Source: Verrucomicrobiia bacterium
GTDB lineage: Bacteria; Verrucomicrobiota; Verrucomicrobiia; JADLBR01
Direction of reading: 5' to 3'
NCBI GenBank assembly: GCA_026646655.1
Contig: JAPKHT010000008.1
Location: 8,426 to 72,425 of the forward strand
DNA: 64,000 bases
Notes under the pieces: model-generated
Told to the model about the DNA's origin: nothing
The model's database searches: none
Seen by the model: only the letters and a program-made list of their open reading frames with translations
Made by a program: the position numbers and the translations under genes
In this document: piece by piece, positions 37,899-47,011 of the stretch
How positions within the stretch are numbered: the stretch's first letter is position 1
How the letters are laid out: every line of letters starts with the position of its first letter

Positions 37899-39467
37899 AT
37901 GAGCCCCCAAGACCTCCGCGCGCGCCGCGCGCCGGCGCGGGCCTTTCTGCTGGCGCTGCTCGCAGTCGCTCCCGCGCTTTCCCGCGCGGCCACCCCCGAT
38001 CATCCCAACATACTCCTCATCTGCATCGACGACCTGCGGCCCGTTCTCGGTTGTTACGGCGGCGCGGCGAAGACCCCGCACATGGACAAGTTCGCCGGGG
38101 AATCCGTCGTATTCCGTCGCCACTATGTCCAGTTCCCCTCCTGCGGCCCATCGCGCGCCAGCATGCTTGGCGGACGACGACCAGATTCGCTGGGCGTCTA
38201 TGGCAACAGCGGCACGGACATCGTCGCGCAAGACCCGGAGCACATGCCGACCCTGCCGATGCTCTTCAAACGGAACGGCTACACCACGCTCAGTTTCGGC
38301 AAGGTGTATCACAGCAAGGGCGCAAGCCCCGGCTGCGGCTGGTCGGAGCCCCCGTGGCACCCGCCGAATTGGGCCTGCTACGTCAATTTTAAGGAGCGGG
38401 AACGCAAGAAGAAGGAAGGCTGGGAATGGCGGCCCGCCATGGAGATCTACGACGGCCCCGACTCCCTCCATGGCGACTACCAGACCGCCGACCGCGTGAT
38501 CGCGGCACTGGAGGCGCACCGCGATGGCCCTTTCTTTATCGCGGCCGGTTTCTATAAGCCGCACCTCCCCTTCGTGGCACCAAAACGATTCTGGGACCTC
38601 TACGGCCCAGACGAGATCCGGGCAGTCGAGCCCGTTCGTCGCGCCGAGGGCGCAGCCGACTATGGATACGCCTTCCGGGAGATATGCTCCTACGGCGACA
38701 ATTGCGGCAAGATGTTCACGCCGGACGCCATGCCCACCGCCAGGCAAACGCTTGATCTGATACACGCCTACCACGCCGCCACGAGCTTCACCGACTCACA
38801 CGTGGGTCGCCTTCTGTCCAAAATCGACGAACTGGGCCTTCGCGAAAATACCGCCGTTGTCCTCTGGTCTGATCACGGCTTCCATCTCGGCGACCAGGCG
38901 CGCTGGGCGAAGTGGACGCAATTCGAGGCCGATATGCGGTCCCCGCTAGTGATCCGCCTGCCGGGGAAGTCCGCACCAGCCCGCGGGACGGACGCGCTCG
39001 TCGAGAGCGTGGACATCTACCCCAACATCACGTCCATCGCGGGCCTCGCAGCCCCCCCGCATCTGGAGGGCATCAGCCTCCTGCCCTTGATCCGCGGGGA
39101 GGTCGACCAGGTGAAGCAGTTTGCCCGAAGCCAAGTGGCCGGCCTTCAGGCCAATGGCCACCTCATGGCGTACTCCCTGAGGACGCCAGGGTACCGCTAT
39201 GTCGAATGGCGCGACCGAATGCGGCAAAATCAGCTCGTGTGCCGCGAGTTGTATGACCTCGCTTCCGTCGGGCACGAACTCAAGAACCTGGCCGAGGACC
39301 CCGGCCAGGAGATGATAGTGGAACAGCACCACCGGCTGGTCCTCGACGGCTACGCCTCGCTGCAGCGGGATGCGCAACGGCCGCAGGCCAAGCGACAGAA
39401 AAAGAGGGCCGGGGCCTCGACTGCCCCCGAACCCCAACAGCCTCCCAACGAGATCGCCCACCCATGA
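37899..39467 (+). CDS. Formylglycine-dependent sulfatase
   Basis: Signal peptide, then ICIDDLRP ... SCGPSRASMLGG (the CxPxR motif) and the conserved C-terminal sulfatase fold. The ATG is at 37899. Confidence 0.85.
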   Translation: MSPQDLRARRAPARAFLLALLAVAPALSRAATPDHPNILLICIDDLRPVLGCYGGAAKTPHMDKFAGESVVFRRHYVQFPSCGPSRASMLGGRRPDSLGVYGNSGTDIVAQDPEHMPTLPMLFKRNGYTTLSFGKVYHSKGASPGCGWSEPPWHPPNWACYVNFKERERKKKEGWEWRPAMEIYDGPDSLHGDYQTADRVIAALEAHRDGPFFIAAGFYKPHLPFVAPKRFWDLYGPDEIRAVEPVRRAEGAADYGYAFREICSYGDNCGKMFTPDAMPTARQTLDLIHAYHAATSFTDSHVGRLLSKIDELGLRENTAVVLWSDHGFHLGDQARWAKWTQFEADMRSPLVIRLPGKSAPARGTDALVESVDIYPNITSIAGLAAPPHLEGISLLPLIRGEVDQVKQFARSQVAGLQANGHLMAYSLRTPGYRYVEWRDRMRQNQLVCRELYDLASVGHELKNLAEDPGQEMIVEQHHRLVLDGYASLQRDAQRPQAKRQKKRAGASTAPEPQQPPNEIAHP

Positions 39468-40954
39468 GAACGTTCCTGGCCGTCGCTTGTTTTCTCAACG
39501 CCTCCTGGTTTGCGTGGTCTGCCGCGGACAAGCCCGACGTCTTAGTGATCCTCACCGACCAGTGGAACCCGCGCCACGTGGGCTGGGACAACCCTGAGGT
39601 CCGCACGCCGAATATCGACCGGATCGCTGGAGAGGGCATGATCTTCGACGCGTGCTACACGACTTCGCCGGTTTGCATGCCCGCGCGCGTCTCGCTCGTG
39701 ACCGGCCTCTACCCGCACAACCACGGCCACGCGCTGTGGAACAACGCCACCGGCTACTGCATGGCGCCCGAATCGGCGCCCATGTTCCGCGACATCCGGC
39801 GCGCGGGATACACCACGGCGCAGATCGGCAAACTGCACTGGAACTCGGGCGCGGCATGGAAAAGGGACTTCAAGGACGCCGGGGCGTATTACGAGGCGCT
39901 CGGACTCGACCAGGTCATTGATATCTCGGGTCCGCCCGACTCGGAGAATGGGAGGGGCCCCTATTCCCAACGCATGCGGGAGATGGGCCTCCTGGGCGCG
40001 CTGGCTTCCGACCTCAAGCAGCGCTACCTGAACTGGGAGTTCGAGCCGCGCGTCAGCGTCGTGAAACCCGAGGATTATCACGACAGCTTTGTCACCGGCC
40101 TCGCCGCGGACTTCATCCGCGAGCAACCGAAGGACAAGCCCATGTGCCTCGTCGTCAGCCTGCATTCGCCACACCCGCCGCTCGATGCGCCGGGAGAGTT
40201 CGCGACGATGTATGACCCGGAAAAGCTCACCCTGCCAGCGAACGTGCCGGAGAGCTTCAAGCGAGAGCAAAGGACGCTCGACCGCTCGGAGGTGAAGCGG
40301 CTGCTGGCCAATTATCTCGGCAAGATCGCGCTGGTGGATCAGTGTGTCGGCAGGCTCGCCGAGGCGATGCGCGGACGCGGGACGTGGGATGACGCGCTCG
40401 TTATCGTCACCTCGGACCACGGCGAGATGATGGGCGCGCACGGCCACCTGACCAAGGGCCGCTTCTACGAGGAATCCGGTCGGGTGCCGCTGGTGGTGCG
40501 GTGGCCCGGCCGCGTGAAGACGGGGCGCACCCCGGCCCTCGCGCAGATGATGGACGTGTACCCCACCATCGTCGAGGCCATCGGCGGCGAGATGGCGCCG
40601 GGCCGATTCGCGAGATCGCTGCTCCCGGTGGCGACGGGCAAGCGCGCGTCGGTCCGCGACCTCGTCATCGGCGAGATCGGCAAGGCGGCGCCGCTGGACA
40701 TCATGGCCCGCGACGCGCGATTCAAGTACTGGGCCGATGGGGGCGACGAATTCCTCTTCGACATGCGAAACGACCCACTCGAGATGCGCAACCTCGCCGC
40801 CGACCCCGGGCACCGGGAAACGTTGGGGCAAATGCGGCAGAAACTCCTCTTGCACTTGCGCTCGACCCAGGTGAACTTCGGCGAGGGCTACACGGGCAAG
40901 GTCCACCGCATGCGCGAGGCCGAGGCAAAGAAGTCACCGGAGCGAACCCAATGA
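39464..40954 (+). CDS. Formylglycine-dependent sulfatase
   Basis: VLVILTDQ ... SPVCMPARVSLVTG (CxPxR). Its ATG overlaps the previous stop as ATGA. Confidence 0.85.
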   Translation: MRTFLAVACFLNASWFAWSAADKPDVLVILTDQWNPRHVGWDNPEVRTPNIDRIAGEGMIFDACYTTSPVCMPARVSLVTGLYPHNHGHALWNNATGYCMAPESAPMFRDIRRAGYTTAQIGKLHWNSGAAWKRDFKDAGAYYEALGLDQVIDISGPPDSENGRGPYSQRMREMGLLGALASDLKQRYLNWEFEPRVSVVKPEDYHDSFVTGLAADFIREQPKDKPMCLVVSLHSPHPPLDAPGEFATMYDPEKLTLPANVPESFKREQRTLDRSEVKRLLANYLGKIALVDQCVGRLAEAMRGRGTWDDALVIVTSDHGEMMGAHGHLTKGRFYEESGRVPLVVRWPGRVKTGRTPALAQMMDVYPTIVEAIGGEMAPGRFARSLLPVATGKRASVRDLVIGEIGKAAPLDIMARDARFKYWADGGDEFLFDMRNDPLEMRNLAADPGHRETLGQMRQKLLLHLRSTQVNFGEGYTGKVHRMREAEAKKSPERTQ

Positions 40955-41952
40955 AAACGAACCCATCGAACCTGATCCTGGCGGCCCTCATCGGGTTGTT
41001 GCCCTGTCCGTCATGGTCGGAAGATGCGTCGCCTGCGCCGGGCGGGGACCGCGCCCGCCACGTCCTGTTCATCGGGAATAGCTTCACGGCCCGTCACAAC
41101 CTGTCGCAGGTCGTCAAGGCGATGGCGGAGGCCGGGCAGCCCGGGCTGAGGTTCGAGGTGACGACCGTGATCTACGGCGGGCGCACGCTCAAGGACCACT
41201 GGCGGCTGGGCACGCAGAACTTCGTTCGGCTGGCGAGCCTGACCGCGCCGGAGGAGCAGGCGACCATCCAGGCATTGCGCGACGCGATCGCCAAGGATCC
41301 CGGCGACAAGTACGCCCCCCCGGCGCTCGCGCGCCACTTGGAGTTGGCCAAGACCCTCGACCAGCCGAGGCCCAAGTGGGACATCGTCGTCCTCCAGTCC
41401 TATCGTGACGACCAGCCGGGGGCCCAGGCGCCGTACCACGAATACGCACCGAGGTTTGCCGAGTTGATCCGGGGGCAGGGCGCGCGCGTGGTCCTGTACG
41501 AGACGACGCCGGACTCCCAGAATGACAAACCGCTGACCGCGCCGCCGGACCCCGCCCCCGTTCTCGCGAAGGAGCGGGCCATCGCCTCGCTGGCGAAACG
41601 CATCGGCGCCACCGTGGTGCCCATGTCCATGGTGGCGCTGCACTGCCAGACCGCCCGCCCCGATCTGACGCTGCGCTTCGTGAACGATGCCCACTTGAAT
41701 CAGACGATGGCCTACCTGACCGCGTGCACCTTCTACGGGGCGCTCTTCGACCGCAGCCCGGAGGGTTTGCCGGTCGACGCGGTCACCGACATCCGCTGGC
41801 TCGATGATCGGCACCGCGACAAGGATCGCGATGGCGGCCCCATCACCCGAACGTTTTCGGCGAAGGACCGCGCCGACCTCCAGCGCATCGCGTGGGAGGG
41901 CCTGAAGAAATTTCACGAACTGGCGCCAGACGGACGGGATCGGGGGCCGTGA
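40951..41952 (+). CDS. Secreted SGNH-hydrolase-like protein (DUF4886-like, putative esterase/deacetylase)
   Basis: Signal peptide, then VLFIGNSFT (a GDS-like block I variant typical of DUF4886). ATGA overlap with the upstream sulfatase. Confidence 0.55.
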   Translation: MKTNPSNLILAALIGLLPCPSWSEDASPAPGGDRARHVLFIGNSFTARHNLSQVVKAMAEAGQPGLRFEVTTVIYGGRTLKDHWRLGTQNFVRLASLTAPEEQATIQALRDAIAKDPGDKYAPPALARHLELAKTLDQPRPKWDIVVLQSYRDDQPGAQAPYHEYAPRFAELIRGQGARVVLYETTPDSQNDKPLTAPPDPAPVLAKERAIASLAKRIGATVVPMSMVALHCQTARPDLTLRFVNDAHLNQTMAYLTACTFYGALFDRSPEGLPVDAVTDIRWLDDRHRDKDRDGGPITRTFSAKDRADLQRIAWEGLKKFHELAPDGRDRGP

Positions 41953-42005
41953 CGGTGGCCATGAGTGGCTGGAGACGATCCCGGCACCATCAACCCAGAC
42001 GACCC

Positions 42006-43757
42006 ATGAGATCCCCACTCGCCCTAGGAATCGGTCGGACTTGGCCCGACAGATTCCTCTGGATATTTCACAGCCTGCTGGCTGTGAGATTCTGGGCCAT
42101 CGCGCTCGCCGTCCTCCCGCTCTCCGCAGCCGACAACCGACCCAACCTCATCCTCTTCCTCATCGACGACCAGAATGCCGAGCAGATCGGCGCCTTCGGC
42201 GGGAAGACGTGGACACCCAACCTGGATCGGCTCGCGGCCGAGGGAATCCAATTCACGCGCGCGCACGTGAGCAGCGCGGTGTGCACGCCGTCGCGCTATT
42301 CGTGGATCACGGGCCGCTACGCGGGCGCGTCGCACAGCAAGATCTACGGCGACGCCTGCGGCGGACCCGGGCGCCAGGGCTTCCCCAATTTCAACATGGC
42401 GCTCGAGCGGGACCGCCTGAACATCGGGCGCGTCCTGTCCGAGGCGGGCTACGTCACGGGCTTCACGGGCAAGTTTCACCTCGATTCCAAACTCGATTGG
42501 CCGGAGTTCTTCGGTGGCGAGAACGGTTTGAAGGAGATCCCGAAGACCGCCAAGGCCGGCCCCGAGACGAGCGCGCTGTTCGCGCACAACGAGCGCGTCA
42601 TGCGCCGCTACCTCCAGGCGGTGGGCTTCGGTTGGGCAAAGCACATCTACCCCGAGAACCTGCGCAAGCCCTACCACGAGCACAATCCCGAGTGGACCAT
42701 CAGCGCGGCCGTCGAGTTCATCGGGGAGAACAAGGACGTCCCCTTCTACCTGCACATCACGCCGACGCTCCTGCACGGCGGCGAGGGCTCGTGGCGCAAT
42801 TCGATGGACTATCCGCTGGTGTCCGGCGAGGGGGAGTTGAAGGAACTGCCGGCGGTCATGACGCCGCGCGCGCAGTTGCTTCAGACCCTGAAGGACCATG
42901 GCCTTGACCCCGACGGCCCCGCCGCGGGCGAGGCATGGGTCGACGACGCCGTCGGCGCGGTCGTCAACAAGCTCAAGGCCCTCGGCATCGACAGGAGGAC
43001 GCTCTTCCTCTTCGCGCCCGACCACGGGCGCGATGGCAAAGGCTCTCTCTTCCTCCACAACGGCACGCGCATCCCGATGCTCGCGCGCTGGCCCGAGCGC
43101 ATCCCCGCCGGAACCGTCTGCGAGGAGTTGGTGCAGAACATCGACTGGGCGCCGACCTGCTTCGACATCGCCGGCGCCAAACCGCCCGACGGCTACCGCA
43201 CCGACGGCCGCAGCCTCGCGCCGCTTTTCGCCACCGGCCAAGCGATGCCATGGCGCGACCACCTGTACTTTGAAATGGGCTACGCCCGAGCGGTCGCCAC
43301 GAAGGACTGGAGCTATGTGGCGATCCGTTACCCGCGGGAGACGGTCGCGGCCATCCAGGGCGCCAGCCGCGACCGCCTTCCGCGCCTCATGAGCTACATC
43401 GGTCGCCTGGGCATCGGCGTCCGCGGCGCCGAACGCCCCGGCTTCTGGGATGCCGACCAGTTGTACGACCTCGGCGCGGACCCCGGGGAAATCCAGAACC
43501 TCGCCGCCGACCCCAAACAGGCGGATCGGTTACGGCAGATGCGCGCGATGCTCGCCGCCGACGTGAAATCCATCGGTCGCCCCTTCGGCGAGTTCCTCCC
43601 CGGCGGCAATGCCGCCCCCCCGGGCCAAGTGGATATACAGATCGAGGAGGTCAAAAGTCTCGAGGTCAGCGGCAAGACCGTGGTCGATCCCGAGTCCGAC
43701 ACCCCGGCCCCAGCGAAGAAGGCCAAGCGCGCGCGCAAGAAAAACGCCGAAGAGTGA
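42006..43757 (+). CDS. Formylglycine-dependent sulfatase
   Basis: Signal/TM, LILFLIDDQ ... SAVCTPSRYSWITG (CxPxR). The ATG at 42006 is preferred over the upstream Arg-rich extension. Confidence 0.85.
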   Translation: MRSPLALGIGRTWPDRFLWIFHSLLAVRFWAIALAVLPLSAADNRPNLILFLIDDQNAEQIGAFGGKTWTPNLDRLAAEGIQFTRAHVSSAVCTPSRYSWITGRYAGASHSKIYGDACGGPGRQGFPNFNMALERDRLNIGRVLSEAGYVTGFTGKFHLDSKLDWPEFFGGENGLKEIPKTAKAGPETSALFAHNERVMRRYLQAVGFGWAKHIYPENLRKPYHEHNPEWTISAAVEFIGENKDVPFYLHITPTLLHGGEGSWRNSMDYPLVSGEGELKELPAVMTPRAQLLQTLKDHGLDPDGPAAGEAWVDDAVGAVVNKLKALGIDRRTLFLFAPDHGRDGKGSLFLHNGTRIPMLARWPERIPAGTVCEELVQNIDWAPTCFDIAGAKPPDGYRTDGRSLAPLFATGQAMPWRDHLYFEMGYARAVATKDWSYVAIRYPRETVAAIQGASRDRLPRLMSYIGRLGIGVRGAERPGFWDADQLYDLGADPGEIQNLAADPKQADRLRQMRAMLAADVKSIGRPFGEFLPGGNAAPPGQVDIQIEEVKSLEVSGKTVVDPESDTPAPAKKAKRARKKNAEE

Positions 43758-43960
43758 GGGGCGGGGAATGTGGGGGGCTGATCTTCGCTGATCTCTTCGC
43801 CGACCGTGTCCGCTGCTCCGTGCGTCGGCGAGAGTCCCATCAGCGCAGATCAGCGTCGATCAGCGTTCCCTGGTGCGGTGTCTCGTTTGGTTCTGACACG
43901 TCCGCCGGGAGGGCCCGCGGCCTCGAGGGCCGGGTCGGCCGGGGCACCGCGCATGCTGGT

Positions 43961-44210
43961 GGCGCGCGGACGCCGGGGCGAGGTTGTCTCAAAATCGTCG
44001 ATAGGCGGCGCCATGGATTATGTGTCGCCGACCGCGTCGAGATCGCTTGAAAGGCGCAAGTGTCACTTGCGCACTCCGAAGGCATTCGCGCGCAGCGCCT
44101 TGGAGTGCGGCAGTCCCACTGCCGCCTTTCAATGGAGATCGACGAACCTCTCGTGATGAGAAGTTTGATTGAAGGTTTTGAGACAACCTCGGGTCGGCGG
44201 CGCGCGCCTA
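43961..44210. repeat. Structured intergenic element bounded by ~35-nt imperfect terminal inverted repeats and containing perfect internal palindromes
   Basis: Left arm ggcgcgcggacgccggggcgAGGTTGTCTCAAAA, right arm TTTTGAGACAACCTcgggtcggcggcgcgcgcc. The internal 19-nt perfect palindrome is gcgcaagtgtcacttgcgc, with a further hairpin gcggcagt-ccc-actgccgc. Confidence 0.4.
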
Positions 44211-44212
44211 GC

Positions 44213-44415
44213 AGCCTGTCGGACTTAGCCAAGTCCGACAAGGCTGCTAGAAAGCAAAACCGCCTTATTCCAAGGCAGTTATGATTGGCCAGACCCAGAT
44301 GCGGCACCGTGCCTGAACGACTGCAACGAATCGTGCTCTCGTTGCATAACTCCTTTGTTCGCAAATAGAAGGCGGTTTTGCCAGAGGGGGCTGCCGGACA
44401 AAGTCCGACAGCCTC
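44213..44415. mobile_element. MITE-like element (~200 nt): ~50-nt terminal inverted repeats, each holding a GTCGGACTT...AAGTCCGAC palindrome, around a lower-GC core
   Basis: Left TIR cctagcagcctgtcggacttagccaagtccgacaaggctgctagaaagcaaaaccgcc. The reverse complement of the right TIR is cctaggaggctgtcggactttgtccggcagccccctctggcaaaaccgcc. The 20 terminal nt and the inner 11 nt (gcaaaaccgcc) are shared. Confidence 0.4.
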
Positions 44416-44421
44416 CTAGGC

Positions 44422-45741
44422 TCAGGGTTGCCTCGGGCGCGTGGCTTCGGGGACCTCGGTCTCGGAGTGGATGATCTTCCCGCCGCCGGAGCGCGCCTCC
44501 TCGATGAGCCTGCGGTCGGTGGCATCGCGGTCCCAGGGGCGAGCGCCCGCATTCGCGAGCACCCACGCGGCGGTCTCGTGGGCCGGGCGCGCCTTGAGCC
44601 GCGGCGGCCAAAATGGCGGCGAATCGAACAACCGCACACCATCGCCGCCACCGGCGGCGGTCGACCGGGCCCGTTCCTCTGGGGCAGGCGGCCCGATCGG
44701 CAGGGCCGTGCCATCGGCGTCGAAGAAGAGGTTGTCGCGGAGGTGAAGGTCGCAGGGTCCCTTGGCGCCGATGAACGCGGTCCCGGGCGCGGTGCTGGGC
44801 CCCTTGCGCGCCACATTGCCGACGATGGCCATCGCGCCGCGCTGCCACTCGTGGCCCTCCCACTCCCCCTCGACGAGCGCGAAATGCATCGCCCGGCGGC
44901 CGGGGTTGTGGACGAGGTTGTTGACCACGACGCCGCGGGCACCGCCCTTGAAGAGCGGGTTGCGATCGTCGTTGCTGATATAGAGGTTGCCGATGATCGC
45001 GATATCGGTCGTGTTGTCGTGCACGAGCGATCCCTTCGAGTGCGGTCCCTTGCGATGGGTGGAGTCGTGAAGGCCCTCGCCAACGATGCAGTGGCTGAAC
45101 GTGATGCGGTGCGAGGTGTTCTTGCGCCACTCGTCCGGCGACGCGCCCTCGAAGCGCGGCCCGGAGGCGCTCAGGTTCTCATCGGTGGCCCACGTGATCG
45201 AGCAGTGATCGACGATCACATCGTGCGCGCCGACGGTCGCCAGGCCGTCGATCTCCCAGCCGCTTTTCTTCGGGCGCCCGCCGGCGCCGGGACGGATCCG
45301 GATGTGCCGGACGATCACATCGTTCGTGGCGATCCCGATGCCGCCATTCACGAGCGTGATGCCCGGGCTCGGCGCCGTCTCGCCCGCGATCGTGACGCGC
45401 GGTTCCTTCACTTGAAGCGAATGCCCGCCAAGGTCGATCGTACCGGCGACCGCGAACGAGATGACGTGTGGGCCCTTTGCGGCCAGCGCCTCGGCGAGCG
45501 AGCCCGGCCCGCGCTCGGCAAGCGTGGTCACCGGGATGATCCGGCCGCCCTCGCCGCCGCGCGTCGCCGTCCATCCGGGCGGCACAACCCAGCGCTCCTT
45601 GGCGTCCGGTCCGAAGCAAGCGACGACCGCGCCGCATGCGAGGACGATCCCCGCGATCACGGCGGGAAAAGCGGGCCGAGAACCGGTGGCAACCGCAGCC
45701 GATGCGCCGGTCTTGGGTGAGGAGTTGCGCTCTGTCGTCAT
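44422..45741 (-). CDS. Pectate-lyase-like right-handed beta-helix protein (polysaccharide lyase PL1-like), membrane or secretion signal at the N-terminus
   Basis: N-terminal TM/signal (AFPAVIAGIVLACGAVVAC). vWiDH-like block HDVIVDHCSITWATDE. Repeated beta-helix rungs (NDVIVRHIRIR, IAIIGNLYISN, VVNNLVHN). Confidence 0.6.
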   Translation of the reverse strand: MTTERNSSPKTGASAAVATGSRPAFPAVIAGIVLACGAVVACFGPDAKERWVVPPGWTATRGGEGGRIIPVTTLAERGPGSLAEALAAKGPHVISFAVAGTIDLGGHSLQVKEPRVTIAGETAPSPGITLVNGGIGIATNDVIVRHIRIRPGAGGRPKKSGWEIDGLATVGAHDVIVDHCSITWATDENLSASGPRFEGASPDEWRKNTSHRITFSHCIVGEGLHDSTHRKGPHSKGSLVHDNTTDIAIIGNLYISNDDRNPLFKGGARGVVVNNLVHNPGRRAMHFALVEGEWEGHEWQRGAMAIVGNVARKGPSTAPGTAFIGAKGPCDLHLRDNLFFDADGTALPIGPPAPEERARSTAAGGGDGVRLFDSPPFWPPRLKARPAHETAAWVLANAGARPWDRDATDRRLIEEARSGGGKIIHSETEVPEATRPRQP

Positions 45742-45923
45742 GGGATGGGCCCGCTCCGATCAAAACTGCCTTGGGAGAGTGACCCCATAAAGAACATTCT
45801 CCGTCTCCTCGTGGACAATCGCGTCTCGCGGTCGACGTCGGCGCATTCCCGATCGCGCATGTCAGGGCCCAGGGCGGCCGATGAACCTCGCCTTGTGGGC
45901 CGGGGATGCGTTAGCCTCAATCA

Positions 45924-46979
45924 ATGTCGCCGCCGAAAAGGGAGAGGTTGCCCCCGACGAAACGGACCCCCTCCAGACCGATATCGATTCTCCGATTCGC
46001 GGGTGCCATTTTGGCTGGGTTGTTGGGTTGCGCGGCGGCCCCAGGGGCGACCGATGCCGAGAGCCCAAACATCGAGCTGGTCAAGACGCTCGATGCCAAG
46101 GGCGCGTTCGTGTCACTGGAGGGGAGAGCCCTCTTTTTGACCAGCGGGTTCAACACCAATGCCCAGCAGACTGGCTATTGGTTCGATATCGGGGAGAACC
46201 CGGGCTCTCCGGCGCCGGTGTCCGCATCGTTGCCCGCCGCCTGGCAGATGGCGGTCTCGGGCGACCACGCATTCGTCTGCGACTACACGAAGTTTCTGAC
46301 GGTCTGCGAGATGCGCGACCGCGAATTTCGGCAGGTGGCCAAGCTGCCGATGCCGTCGCAGACCGAGAACATCATCATCCGGGGAGCGTTCGCCTATATT
46401 GCCAACCACACGGCCGGTCTCACCATCGTGGACATCTCGTCGCCGTCGAGGCCGACGATCGTGGGCAATCTGAACCCCAAGATCGACTGTGATGCCGTGG
46501 CGCTGTCGGGAGACACCGCGATCCTCTACGGGCATTGGGAGAGCCGCCTCGTCTTTGCCGACATCCGCGATCCCGCGAACCCCCGCCAGGTCGGGGTCTT
46601 CCAGCACGACCCGAAGACCTTCAACCAGGGCGAGATGGCCGTTGACAATGACCTTGCCTACTGCACCGCGGTGAATGGCCTCGTCATCGTCAATGTCGCC
46701 GACCCGGCGAACCCGAAACTGGCAAGCGCGGTGCCCCTCGATGTGCCCACGACAGACGTGGCCGTCATGGACGGGATCGCATTCGTCGCATGCCGCGATG
46801 GGGTGCGCGTCTACGGGGTGCGCGATCCGGCGCTGCCGGTCGAAATGGGACACTACCCGTGCCCCGCGTCGCAGCTCGCGGTCCGGCGAGCCCATGCCGA
46901 TTCCGGCACGGGCTACCACATCTATGCGGCCAACAAGAGAGGACCGGCGATGGTATTGCGGTTTCATCGCCGCGAATAG
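45924..46979 (+). CDS. LVIVD-repeat beta-propeller lipoprotein
   Basis: Lipobox-like AGLLGCAAA. LVIVD blades (AFAYIANHTAGLTIVDISSPSRP, LAYCTAVNGLVIVNVADPANP, IAFVACRDGVRVYGVRDPALP). Confidence 0.65.
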   Translation: MSPPKRERLPPTKRTPSRPISILRFAGAILAGLLGCAAAPGATDAESPNIELVKTLDAKGAFVSLEGRALFLTSGFNTNAQQTGYWFDIGENPGSPAPVSASLPAAWQMAVSGDHAFVCDYTKFLTVCEMRDREFRQVAKLPMPSQTENIIIRGAFAYIANHTAGLTIVDISSPSRPTIVGNLNPKIDCDAVALSGDTAILYGHWESRLVFADIRDPANPRQVGVFQHDPKTFNQGEMAVDNDLAYCTAVNGLVIVNVADPANPKLASAVPLDVPTTDVAVMDGIAFVACRDGVRVYGVRDPALPVEMGHYPCPASQLAVRRAHADSGTGYHIYAANKRGPAMVLRFHRRE

Positions 46980-47011
46980 GCGCGCCGCGTTCTGGCCGCT
47001 GGAGCCTTGCG

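Noticed and set aside
39542-43262. Long minus-strand ORFs (39542..40906 and 42024..43262) across the sulfatase operon
   Set aside because: Antisense to three sulfatase genes with diagnostic motifs, and low-complexity.
43760-44420. tRNA or other small RNA gene in the 660-nt gene-free gap
   Set aside because: No cloverleaf-compatible sequence, T-loop GTTCRANYC or anticodon-stem pattern was found. The region is instead explained by inverted-repeat elements. Small ORFs here (43840..44364 and 44060..44284) are Cys/Arg-rich.
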